Source: Trypanosoma brucei
Taxonomy: Eukaryota
NCBI GenBank assembly: GCA_000002445.1
Contig: CM000208.1
Span: 2,656,001 to 2,720,000, forward strand
DNA length: 64,000 nt
Direction: 5' to 3'
Part shown: in pieces, positions 20,857 through 31,000 of the stretch
How positions within the stretch are numbered: the stretch's first letter is position 1
Layout: each line of letters starts with the position of its first letter
Program-made: the position numbers and the translations under genes
Notes under the pieces: model-generated
Database searches by the model: none
The model's input: the letters and a program-made list of their open reading frames with translations, nothing else
What the model was told of the DNA's origin: nothing

Positions 20857-21861
20857 TCACAACTTCTTTACTTCACCCACAGTCCTCTGCCGCATCAGCG
20901 TTAGGAGTGTCTCGACAGTGGCGCTGTCATTTCGCTCGTCCTCCACCTTTCGGAACTGTAAGCGAAGCTTCCGCGCCTCTTTTTCGTGTAGTTTTTGTTG
21001 GATGCTGTCAACATAATGCTGTTTCTCCCGGTTGCGAGAGCCGCTCATAACGTAGCCGAGGGACTCCGCAGCAGCAACGCTCTCCGCATCGTATCCAATC
21101 TCCCCACGACGCGGTGCTCGCTTATACTGTGCAAGGAACTCCTCGCGGGTCATTTGCAGTGGATGCTTTGAAGCAGCGACGCACCCTCGTGGCTCCTCGG
21201 TTTTGCTGTAGTCCGGTTCGTTGCCTTGTTGCAACGACACACCAAACTCGTCACCCCCATCATCCCCCGTCTGTGCACCTACCCGTAGCCCACGGCACTC
21301 ACCGTCGGCGGTGGCGCCGCCGCTACGTGGTGGCGCCGGGCACATTACATGACAGACGCCACTGTCGGTCTTGATAGGCCCTACACCTTCTACAGTTTCC
21401 CTCGCACGCGCTGCCTCGATGAGGGCTGCGAGCGCGCTGGGGGTTGGGGACACCCCTGCCGCGTCAACACGCCTAACCTCATGCGCGGTGCTGGTCGCCA
21501 CCTCTGGTTCGTGGTGGTCATCACATGGTGACGGAGACGCTGCCGACACTTCCCCTGCGCTAGGACTCTCTCCCTCTGCGTCGTAGCCTACACCTGAGGA
21601 GCGCACGAGGAACGCAACAGTTTCGCTCAACGGGCTCTCCCCCGTCCTCGTTCCGTCACCCCGTCCGTTCACCGTACAAGTTCGCTGGGGACGCGACTGT
21701 CCCGGTAGACTCCCTCTCTTTCCAAGCGCGGATAGTTCGTGCACAGCCAACGTGTGATGCGTGCAAAATATGTTTTGCGCAATAACGGAATGCACAACTT
21801 TCTCTAGCTCCCTACCGCGAGGTTCCATTGCAGGGCACCAAAAGGCACCAGTCCCTGCCAT
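20857..21861 (-). CDS. NKAP-family protein (NF-kappa-B-activating-protein C-terminal domain, DUF926)
   Basis: C-terminal GYVMSGSRNREKQHYVDSIQQKLHEKEARKLRLQFRKVEDER matches the conserved NKAP C-terminal block (…YVMSGSRHRRM…IRKENQ…). The N-terminus is low-complexity R/S/E-rich. Confidence 0.7.
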   Translation of the reverse strand: MAGTGAFWCPAMEPRGRELEKVVHSVIAQNIFCTHHTLAVHELSALGKRGSLPGQSRPQRTCTVNGRGDGTRTGESPLSETVAFLVRSSGVGYDAEGESPSAGEVSAASPSPCDDHHEPEVATSTAHEVRRVDAAGVSPTPSALAALIEAARARETVEGVGPIKTDSGVCHVMCPAPPRSGGATADGECRGLRVGAQTGDDGGDEFGVSLQQGNEPDYSKTEEPRGCVAASKHPLQMTREEFLAQYKRAPRRGEIGYDAESVAAAESLGYVMSGSRNREKQHYVDSIQQKLHEKEARKLRLQFRKVEDERNDSATVETLLTLMRQRTVGEVKKL

Positions 21862-22111
21862 TAACGGACCCCTCGAAGCCTAACTTCCTTTATTGAAAGA
21901 GCTGCAAGAGCAGATTAGATGAGTGCTAAGTACGTTGGAGGCACAAAGCACTGCGGCCCAATGGACGTCAGCTTCACATTCACCCGGGAACAAGCAAGTG
22001 CAAAGCAACTCCGATAAAAAGAATAGTCAGGTGTGAAAACACACTGTGTCCGGCGGGTGCGGCGAAAAGGAATACCTTTTTTAAAAAAAAAATGTGGTGC
22101 GCGGTTTTTCT

Positions 22112-23398
22112 TTACTTATCCTCCCTTTTGGCCAGTCCAATCCAGAATGTTTGCCTTAATCTAGACGACACATCAAGAGCTTCCACCATCTCTATAAGTT
22201 CTTCCCTCGATTTCAGTGGTATACTCTGTTGTGGATGGCGATTGTGTTTTATTTTCGGTGACGCGTTGTGTTTCCGATCCTTTCGCACGTTTTTATCGAT
22301 TATTCTGTTTGATTTCTTTGTACTATCTTTTTTCTTCTTCGATTGATCTTGCCGTGTTTTCATTGTTTCAATTTCCGACGCTTCGATGGGGATGTCGTTT
22401 TTATTGTCACTGTCATCCAACTTCTCTTCGAAGTACACTATTTTCCCGTTGACTACCCTAAGGTCACCATCTTTTACCCATGTTGCATTTGGTATCGGTT
22501 CTTGTGGAACAGAAGAGGGCTTGCTGTGTACTGGCTCTGATTGGTCGGTGGTACACTGGGGGTCTGGGGTTGGTGGCGCATCTGGTGCCGACGTTTCTCT
22601 TCGTATTAACTGCGGTGCTGGCCGACTTAACGACGAAGGGACAGCCTTCTTTTCCAACCGTCTTTTTCTCGCTAACTTCTCGTTAAGTGTGTCACGAGAA
22701 TGAACTCGGAGAGCTGGGCCAGCCGTATCTAGTTTTCTCAATAAACCCCTTTGTTCTGCTGGTCGTATGTCTTGGGCCACACAATGCAACGCAGTCATGC
22801 ATGCGGGTAGGTTGTACCTTCGTGAAAATGGTAGCGGATGGCGAGAAAGCCGCGGTTCTCGTTTCGCTGGCAGCAGCGAGAAAGTTCGTCGTACTGCTGT
22901 GGGTGCAACACGAGCACAGCCCTCGTTTTTGCACAACTTATGGAAGTACTCAGTTGCTTCCTGCGTTCGACTGGCTAGAATTGTCAAATGATGTGGCCGC
23001 TGTGTGCCACTGAACGGCAAGAAGGCTGTACTCAGATCCAATACCGACGTATTGATGAAGCTGCCCACTATTTGAGCGGCGAACGTTACCTCATCAACTG
23101 CAGTCACCACCTTTCCTTCCTTTTCACAATTACCAGATTCTCCACGAATTTCAGCGTCGTAGCGCCGTTGTTGAGCGATTGCGAGTCTGCACATGGATGA
23201 GAGGATGTGCAGGGCAGAGGAGCGTTCCGTCTGCTGTATCAGTCGCCGTGAAAACAACGGACACAAAATGGTACGCGAGGCGACATCGGGAAGACGATCC
23301 GCCATCGCGAGTAGTTTGTTCCGGTAATCCGCATCGGATTCGATATTTTTAAATATGTAAGAAACTGACCATGGTACAAGTGCATCCTCAGCACTCAT
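22112..23398 (-). CDS. Hypothetical protein with lysine-rich, likely nuclear/nucleolar C-terminal region
   Basis: 428-aa ORF in polycistron orientation with a K/R-rich C-terminal third (KKKKDSTKKSNRIIDKNVRKDRK). Confidence 0.5.
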   Translation of the reverse strand: MSAEDALVPWSVSYIFKNIESDADYRNKLLAMADRLPDVASRTILCPLFSRRLIQQTERSSALHILSSMCRLAIAQQRRYDAEIRGESGNCEKEGKVVTAVDEVTFAAQIVGSFINTSVLDLSTAFLPFSGTQRPHHLTILASRTQEATEYFHKLCKNEGCARVAPTAVRRTFSLLPAKREPRLSRHPLPFSRRYNLPACMTALHCVAQDIRPAEQRGLLRKLDTAGPALRVHSRDTLNEKLARKRRLEKKAVPSSLSRPAPQLIRRETSAPDAPPTPDPQCTTDQSEPVHSKPSSVPQEPIPNATWVKDGDLRVVNGKIVYFEEKLDDSDNKNDIPIEASEIETMKTRQDQSKKKKDSTKKSNRIIDKNVRKDRKHNASPKIKHNRHPQQSIPLKSREELIEMVEALDVSSRLRQTFWIGLAKREDK

Positions 23399-23710
23399 CC
23401 GGCAAGAATCAAGTCACTCCTTACTATATCCTCCTAAGACCGGGGTGCTCGGACAGGTTAATATCACAAGTTTCGGTATGTGAGTAATGAAAATTCAACA
23501 GGTGATCTAACAAAGGGTAGAACTACCGTGCACTATTTTTGGTTGCAGCCACAGTGCCAGACGAGTTGAAATATTATGTTTTTGCCTCAGAGAAATGTAA
23601 AAGAAAAAATACTGAGACATCATAGCTGGTTGGATCCTCTGGAGATCACTTCAATATACATCACGCACCCATAGTTGCCCATGTGTTACCCACAACTCTC
23701 AAACTGATAA

Positions 23711-26329
23711 TCAGTGCAGAGATGATGCTATATCAGAAAGATCATCCGCAAGTTCAGGGTATTTGTCGGTTAGCTCTCCTAGTATTTCGGCGAATGCCCT
23801 CCGTTTTTCGTTCAGTCTCGATGCCTCAGCTGCCGTATGCTTTAACTCTAGAGCGGACTTGTACGTTCCCTTCTCTGCGTCACGAATGCGCTGGAGACTC
23901 GAGTTCTTCGCGCGTCGCTCGTCCTCTAAACGGTCGTGTTCCTTTTGAGCGACAACAAGTTGTGAGCGAAGCTCGGAAATCTGTTCGTCAAGAGTGTCTA
24001 TTTCCCGCTGAACAGATTCTGCCTCGGCCGTTGTCTTCTCAATGGAAGCAAGACGTTCCTTGATCTGACGCTCTTTTAGCTGCGCCTCTTGTCTTTTTTC
24101 ATTTAACTCCTTAAACATCCTGGAACTTTCTTTTTCAATATCCATTCTCGTCACTCCCCGCTTGTTCACTTTGGCAGCCTCTTGGATCGCCTGGCCTTTT
24201 GCCCTGATGATCTCCCGATGATCAATTGACTTCTGCATTTCTTCAATTAAAAACCGCTGTTCACGCTGCAGGTGACTGACTCGCTGTTCCATGATCCCAA
24301 TCTCTTTTCTCATTTTCTCTACTTCTGCTTTACCAACCGAAGGATCTAACGCCATCTCAGTTTCTTTAGCAACTTGCATTTTCCTCTCCCAAAACAATAT
24401 ATCACTTTCATGATTCATAATTTGTTCAAGGAGTTCGGTTTTCGCCTGTCTAGCTTCCTCCACCTTTTGCTCAAGCACGATCGCCTCACGCTTTTTTTCC
24501 TGGAGTCTACGAATGAGATCATTCTCGAGAAGAAACGCTTCGTTGGCAACGTTCTTCTGATCATCGGAATTTTTGCAAAGTTGAGTGTTTACCCGTTTCA
24601 TCTCTAGGTGCATGGCATTCGCCTTGTTTTCGAGGTTTGCAATGTCCTTTTTCTCGTTTGATATATTTACTAGAAGTCGATCCCTTTTTTGTGTTAGTAC
24701 AGTGCTCTGGGCCTGGAGCTCAAGAATCGCTTCGTTCACTTCATTTGAATTGTTTTTACAGTTAACCAACTCTGTTTGCAGTTTTATCCATTCCTGTTGG
24801 AGAGCCTCATTTTCATTGACTTTTTCCGCAATTGCTTTTGAAAGACTGTTAATGGTGGCCTCCAGGGGCCCTACGTGTTCCCCCTTGTCGGCGCCATAAG
24901 CAGCGACAAGTTGTTCATACTGGTGGTTGAGTTGGTCTAGTTGTTTTTGCTTCCTGTCGATCTCGTCGTGTCGACGGTGAATGTCCATTTGCATGCGTTC
25001 GACCATCAGGCCACGAGCTTGTAGCTCCTTTTCGAGATCGCCCAATGTGGTTTTCAGGGTCTCATTATGTGACTGAGCCTGCAGTGTGTCCACACGAATG
25101 CGAGCAAGTTCGTTCTCCATTTGTGCCACTTGAAGCTCCTTGGATCTAATGGAGCCTTTCATTTTTTCGATATCACTCAACGTACCGTGGCACTCTTGTT
25201 TCAGTGAGGACTGCTTACCAAGTGACTCGAGTATGTCATTTTCCATCAGGACCACCTCCTTAGAAACCTTCAACATCTTCTTCTCGATATCGGCAGCTTC
25301 GGTAGAGTATGTTCTTGCCTCGTATTCCAGCTTTTTGGCTTCTGCATCTGTTTGTTCAATATTATCCTTCAGCATCACGTATTCACGTGCGCCTTTCTCC
25401 TTTCTTTCCACAAGGACATCGATCTGCTTCCCTAGAACGGTAACTTCGTTGTCAACTCGAGACATGAATTCAGCCAATTTGGCAGTCTCTGCTTGAACGC
25501 CTTTAATGTCTTTCCTTGTCCCAATTATCTCGTTCTCGAGCACTTGTAGCTCATCTTTCTGCTGTTGCAGTGCCTCTTCTGTCTTTTTCATGGCTTCGTG
25601 ACGCCGTTGCATCCCAATGAGCGTACCCTTCCACTGTTGAACTAATTGTTTTTTTTCAAAATTAATTGCCTCCATTTCTGCCAAAGCTTCAGCTAATATT
25701 TCCCGAGCCTTCTGGGTTTCCCTTTGCTGGTTCTCGACCTGGGAGTTAACCGTGGATATTTCTTCTTCTAGCAGAACAACACGTTTCTCCAAAGAATCTA
25801 TAAGGTTGTCTTGCTTCAACTTTTCCTTCTCCAAGTTGGTTATATCTTCCTCTGTTTTGAAAGCAGCACGGCGCTCCACTTGAACTTCGTTTTTGAGTTG
25901 TTCATTAAACTGTTGGACTTTCACTAATGTTTCAGTAAGCTTTAAAAGATCCGCCTGCTGACGTTCGTATTGTCGTTGCTGGTCCTCAATGTTTTTCCGA
26001 AGTGTGTCTGCCTGCGCAGCAAGTTCCTCTCGTTCTTGAAGCTTTTCCTCGTGTTTTTGCTTTGTTGCGAGGTGCTTTTCATGGCATTTCTCAAGAGTTT
26101 CCTGCAACTTGGCAAGGTGTTGCTGGGAATTGTAAAGCTCAACACCGCATTGCTCCCTTTCTTTCTGAGCCTTAGATAATTCATTCTTTACTTCATAGAT
26201 CTGCTGCATGACCTCTTCCAGATGCTGTCGAAGTTGCGCTTCAATGCGCTTCTGGACCGGTGCGAGCACCGCAGATTCCGGGTCCAGGTCGGAAACATCG
26301 CTTGCAACATCGTATGGTACGTCGGACAT
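23711..26329 (-). CDS. Long coiled-coil protein (~870 aa), possibly cytoskeletal or flagellar
   Basis: Heptad-rich E/K/Q/L composition almost throughout. The ORF track's first 40 codons (to 26449) are read through an upstream poly-T tract; Met at 26329 (MSDVPYDV) is the plausible start. Confidence 0.65.
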   Translation of the reverse strand: MSDVPYDVASDVSDLDPESAVLAPVQKRIEAQLRQHLEEVMQQIYEVKNELSKAQKEREQCGVELYNSQQHLAKLQETLEKCHEKHLATKQKHEEKLQEREELAAQADTLRKNIEDQQRQYERQQADLLKLTETLVKVQQFNEQLKNEVQVERRAAFKTEEDITNLEKEKLKQDNLIDSLEKRVVLLEEEISTVNSQVENQQRETQKAREILAEALAEMEAINFEKKQLVQQWKGTLIGMQRRHEAMKKTEEALQQQKDELQVLENEIIGTRKDIKGVQAETAKLAEFMSRVDNEVTVLGKQIDVLVERKEKGAREYVMLKDNIEQTDAEAKKLEYEARTYSTEAADIEKKMLKVSKEVVLMENDILESLGKQSSLKQECHGTLSDIEKMKGSIRSKELQVAQMENELARIRVDTLQAQSHNETLKTTLGDLEKELQARGLMVERMQMDIHRRHDEIDRKQKQLDQLNHQYEQLVAAYGADKGEHVGPLEATINSLSKAIAEKVNENEALQQEWIKLQTELVNCKNNSNEVNEAILELQAQSTVLTQKRDRLLVNISNEKKDIANLENKANAMHLEMKRVNTQLCKNSDDQKNVANEAFLLENDLIRRLQEKKREAIVLEQKVEEARQAKTELLEQIMNHESDILFWERKMQVAKETEMALDPSVGKAEVEKMRKEIGIMEQRVSHLQREQRFLIEEMQKSIDHREIIRAKGQAIQEAAKVNKRGVTRMDIEKESSRMFKELNEKRQEAQLKERQIKERLASIEKTTAEAESVQREIDTLDEQISELRSQLVVAQKEHDRLEDERRAKNSSLQRIRDAEKGTYKSALELKHTAAEASRLNEKRRAFAEILGELTDKYPELADDLSDIASSLH

Positions 26330-26394
26330 AGATTCTCCTGCGGAATAACTGTAGTGAGCAAGATCAGTTGTGAAAAAAGCACAAATAAAGGTAC

Positions 26395-26436
26395 ACGCAC
26401 AAAAAAAAAGGAAAGCAAAAAAAAAAAAAAAAGAGC
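26395..26436 (-). promoter_or_regulatory. Polypyrimidine tract (minus strand) upstream of the coiled-coil gene start at 26329
   Basis: Plus-strand purine run aaaaaaaaaggaaagcaaaaaaaaaaaaaaaagagc. It explains the ORF over-extension to 26449. Confidence 0.45.
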
Positions 26437-26526
26437 ATAGTCGATACATAAAGCACCAGCTCGGACACCGTTTGCACGACCTAGCGAAGGAAAGTGGTCA
26501 GAGGGGAACCCCAAAGCCCATATTGC

Positions 26527-27162
26527 TCACACTGTCTTTTTACTCTGTCGTCGCTCTTCGCACTCTGCCCACTGAGGCATCTTGTTAATTTCCCGATAAT
26601 CGGGCAACGGTGCCTGGTCAATACCACTCTGATGTGGTCGATACTTCTCAGGAAGCTCCGGTATAACGCGATAACTGTAATCAACTGTTTTGAATTGCTT
26701 ATAGTATAACCACTCTTCTTTCGTATCAAATCTCTCAGGTGGATTTCCATTCTGAAACGCCTGAACAGCCGTTCGAATAGCGTCTCGAGTCATCCGTGGG
26801 ATTCCCCTTACACGTAGTTGTCGTTTGTCGCAAGTAAATAAATCATTCCAGTCCTTAAACGATGCCTTGAAGTCACTCGTGGGCCTCAAACGGTGTATAT
26901 CAGCTCTTTCTAGAAATGTCTCGTGGTTTGGTACATAAGATGTAGGAGGACGTATGGACTGTGGAACAATTTCCGATCGCTGTGTGGTTTCTATTGGTGC
27001 CAACTTGCGTGGATCCGGCATGTACGTATACTTGTACGACTTGTGTGGCCCATATGTTTGATCTAAAACAGTTAACGTTCTTTTCAGCATCCTTAGACCA
27101 CCCTTTCTCAACAGGCTCAAAAAAAGTGAGAGTTTTGAGGGGGCATGCGTAGCTTCTGACAA
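26527..27162 (-). CDS. Hypothetical protein, possible mitochondrial (alternative start MLKRTLTV at 27090)
   Basis: ORF in polycistron orientation. Internal Met followed by a basic/hydroxylated segment typical of kinetoplastid mitochondrial presequences. Confidence 0.45.
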   Translation of the reverse strand: MSEATHAPSKLSLFLSLLRKGGLRMLKRTLTVLDQTYGPHKSYKYTYMPDPRKLAPIETTQRSEIVPQSIRPPTSYVPNHETFLERADIHRLRPTSDFKASFKDWNDLFTCDKRQLRVRGIPRMTRDAIRTAVQAFQNGNPPERFDTKEEWLYYKQFKTVDYSYRVIPELPEKYRPHQSGIDQAPLPDYREINKMPQWAECEERRQSKKTV

Positions 27163-27344
27163 CTTATCTGCTTAAAGCGAGATCTAGGGAAACTTACCAT
27201 AACACACAACACATTACCCGCTCCCCTTACCCGACGTTTCACAAGTTCATATTAGAGAGTTGGAAGCAAACAGGTCAAAGGATCATGACGACTTCTCTGG
27301 TACCGTGCTTCGCTTTTTATTCGACTACTTAATTTATCTAGCTT

Positions 27345-28073
27345 TCAGTTGTGGACTTGCACCCCCACCACTGCTGCTAATAGTCCCGGGATTGTTATTG
27401 CTCCACTGCTAACGGTGATAATTTTCCCCTTCACAGTCTTTCCGTTTAGTTGTTGAATACACTTTAGAACAGAATCAGGCGACCTGTAGAACACCATTGC
27501 CATGGTCTCATAACGGCTCAGATCGATTAACTCTCCAAACGGCGAAAATAATCGGGCTACCTGATCGTTAGTCATGTTAAAAGGAACGTTGTCTACCAAT
27601 GCTACGCTGGCCCGCGCGGGTGGCGTAAATGGATGGTGTCGAATTGCATTATTCCCTTTGTTACTTGTTCGCTCGCTGCCGCTACCTGGGCCTATCACGC
27701 TTGGGTGGCGTCGCCGGTTCCCTTCGCGTTTTCTTTCATTGAATGTGACGTCCCCTTTATCAGTCGCCCCGAAGGAAAAAATTTCCATTGCAGGATCAAT
27801 TAACATATTCTTTCCCATTTTGCGCATCCTTTGCTTAGCCTTTGGTTCTTCAATCTTTCGTACTAGCCCCGGAACGGCATCTATCCGCGAAGTGGCATCC
27901 CTAGCAGCCTCCTTGTCGCTAAACTTAATGAAAACGCTCGTCGTATTTTCTTTACCTTCTTTGGTTCGTAGAGAACCCACCGCCTCCACGCCAGGCCACT
28001 CGCGGACAACGGCTTCAATACGTTGAAAATCGTGCGTGGGGCAATATGCCAGCAGCACAGAAGGATCCACCAT
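27345..28073 (-). CDS. RNA-binding protein with RRM-like domain(s)
   Basis: RRM-like segments (SVFIKFSDKEAARDA; ALVDNVPFNMTNDQVARLFSPFGELIDLSRYETMAMVFY). The ORF-track start at 28094 reads through a (TA)8 microsatellite (HIYIY), so Met at 28073 is preferred. Confidence 0.55.
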   Translation of the reverse strand: MVDPSVLLAYCPTHDFQRIEAVVREWPGVEAVGSLRTKEGKENTTSVFIKFSDKEAARDATSRIDAVPGLVRKIEEPKAKQRMRKMGKNMLIDPAMEIFSFGATDKGDVTFNERKREGNRRRHPSVIGPGSGSERTSNKGNNAIRHHPFTPPARASVALVDNVPFNMTNDQVARLFSPFGELIDLSRYETMAMVFYRSPDSVLKCIQQLNGKTVKGKIITVSSGAITIPGLLAAVVGVQVHN

Positions 28074-28086
28074 ATATATATATATA
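28071..28086. repeat. (TA)8 microsatellite overlapping the annotated start region of the RRM gene
   Basis: atatatatatatatat is seen directly. It causes the ORF to extend to an upstream ATG (MPHIYIYM). Confidence 0.9.
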
Positions 28087-28094
28087 TGCGGCAC

Positions 28095-31000
28095 TCCCTT
28101 AAGATGCGCAGTACGTGCGTTCGCGGGAAATAATAGGCTAGAATGCTGGTGGATTGTGTGTGCTACTGTCGTGTGTAATTTAAAAAAAAAGTATTAGTTA
28201 TATTACAAGGGGCATAATAACTTTAAAAGTACCAGCGAGGACCTGCTGCGGCTCTAAAAGGGGCAAATACAGACGCAGCACGAAATCAACGGGGCCTCAA
28301 AACCGAACATGGTCGTGCCAAGACACACTCATTCAACTGTATATCGCGGTTTGCGGCATCCATAGTGATGCGGCAAGAGCCCCCGCGCATATGAGAAATG
28401 TCAACTGGACAGAGCTCCGTCCACATAAAAGTTGGAGGGGATCACTGAGAAGCAAAATTGGAAGACAATCAAAAACATACTTAGCAATGGCAAGGACTTT
28501 CAACCGAGTCAGCATCAGTGCATATGCCACAAATGACGTTACGGTGTAAAAATCGATACGCTACACCCATTTTTTTTTTGAGCACGAAACAACGATGCGG
28601 CAGTAGACGTGTCGACAGCCCCCTCAGCGCAGACGCATCGGCTTTACCACGGCCCTCCGCCGTCACGAGTCGCCGGCAACAACACCAGTGGAAACCGCAT
28701 TAACAACACGAATTGGATAAGGAAGACAAAAAGATCGGGGTCTGAGGAGGCAGCAGGAAGCATTTGATGTCCTCCAGCGACCCTGAGAAGCTCCCGACGC
28801 TACAGGGAAAGGAGAATCGCAGTGGCCAGCCACACCGTTTACCAAACGTGAAAGCAGATGCCGGGGCTTTCAGCGCCGAGTTGCGTCAACGCCATCCACA
28901 AGCACCAATCCACTAGGCCTTGAAAGAAGTTTCCACACATGTCGGGGTCACAGTACCCGAAGCACACCAAGAATAAAGCACCAAAGCGGGAGGCGAACGT
29001 AGGAAGTGATAGACTAGGTGAAGTAAACGATCGAAGGCATGTAACGCAAACGCCCACAAAAGCAAACTGCCGGCCTGCGAGGGGATCTGCGCCACACACG
29101 TGCCTACAGACCAGCGCAGTGTCAGATCAGAGACCGGCTTAGGGGCAGTAGAACCCGACCCCTCCACAAGGAAGGAGCTACCGCACATCCGCCGCCACGT
29201 CTTCGGCAACGAGAGGGCTTCGTCCAGGAACTATGGGACGGGTTGCTGTGGCAGAAACGCTAAGGCGGAACAGACGGCTTCTATTGGATGTGAGTGAAAA
29301 CGAAGGGTCCTCATTTGTCTGCTCCACAACCCCTCAGCTGTATGTTATGCTTCGGTCGATGAGAAAGAGACGGGGTGGGCGCGATCCTACTTCAGAGCCA
29401 CCCGCTTCTCAAGGGCAACTGCAGCCCTTTAGGGGGGGGGGCCCAACACTCTACGCCACAGTTCCGACCCATTTTTCTGGTAACAAAGTAAGAGCACTAG
29501 GATCATTGATGTCGAAGGTCAGTATCAGGTTTCGTTCCCGAACAGCCCAATCGCCAGTGCAGGGGCTGACTTACCTTCAAAGATACGACCGTAGGAGAGA
29601 TGCAGTCTGACGCTGCGTTCCAAATCATTCTCCATCAATGACCTAACGGCCGATATATGTCGAAGGCACGGGGTGTCCCCACTTTTAATTCTATCACAAG
29701 ACGATGTGCCGTCAATAGAAAAGGGCCATGTGTTCCGCGTTTAGGTCAACCAAGCGTTGGGGAGGGCTGACCGAGCCGGCGAAGCCCCAGTTTCCATGAG
29801 TAGGTGAAGGATTTTCTCTTATCACCTACACTGACTCCTCAGACACACTGCACTAGCCACCAGACGACCGGAAAAGACACATTCCGCTAAGCTGGTAACC
29901 AAAACTTCCTGATTTAGGCTTTTTCGGACTAGCGCGACCATTTTTTTTTTTTCTAAAGGTGCTTCCTGTGAGCCTTTTAGATTTTCCAACTCTCGAAATC
30001 GACTAATACCAGCCAGTAAACAAGTCCAGAACAAACCTAGATTTGCTGAAGCTCTGCGCGGCACTGTTGTAAGTAAAAAAATGCAGGGGGGGACGCACAC
30101 CCACAACTAAGGGAACGCGGTATATTCGGTGTCTTGGTAGTCTCACATTATGCACTATCCAACTTCCTGGCAGCGCCACGTCGCGAGGACGCCACAGCCA
30201 TCTCTCAGCAAGTTGTCAGGGTTGGCCGTTGGAGTTCAAACCCAGGCACATAGGCGGCTCCTCCCGTAAGGGACCGGTTGACAATCCCCACTTTTCGTAA
30301 TGAAGTTAGAGGTGCTTCGGGTTCTAGTAGATTTATATAAGAAAATTCTTTGTTTTCATTGAGCTCCACAATTCTAAAGTAAAAACTACATCTGAGAAGA
30401 AAAGGTTTATCCTAAAAGTTTTTAGAAGAATATTTTCCCTTCATACCCATGAAAACCTCCTGCCACACGGGAAGGCATCAGTAAATGCATAAAACTTTTG
30501 CCATAGTTGTACGACATTCGGTGCTACCGGTAACTTGGTCGCATATTCCCAGAAACTTCAGCGGAATTAGCATACCACAGCACTGCAACAAGGTACTGCT
30601 CACGTTTGCCTAATGCAGTTGAATTTCCACACCAGAAACCATAGAAGAGAGGGAACAGTAATTGCTTTCGTCCATCACCCGGAGCTGATACTGAACCTGC
30701 GTTGCTCCTCATAAGGAGCCAGAACGAACCGCGTGGGAAACCTTCGAATTCTCACAGGAGACGAACCCAACAAACCGAAGCCACAAACCTATAGTGTGGG
30801 ACGTGCCGTGACGCCACAAGACAGACCATTCTAGGGATTATTTGTGTTGTCCACGTGAACTCAGGAGGGGTCTCGGATTCCAGCCATTTCAGGAGAGTTG
30901 CAGGTACAGGCTTCGCCGTTATCCGCGCCACCCGTGAAATTTCAGTTCATCAACGTGTGTCCGAACACTATGGAAGTCCCCATCCAGCACGACTTAGTTT

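Noticed and set aside
30200-30270. Possible tRNA-like T-arm (gttggagttcaaacccagg)
   Set aside because: The flanking sequences do not form a complementary T-stem, acceptor stem or A box, so no cloverleaf could be drawn.
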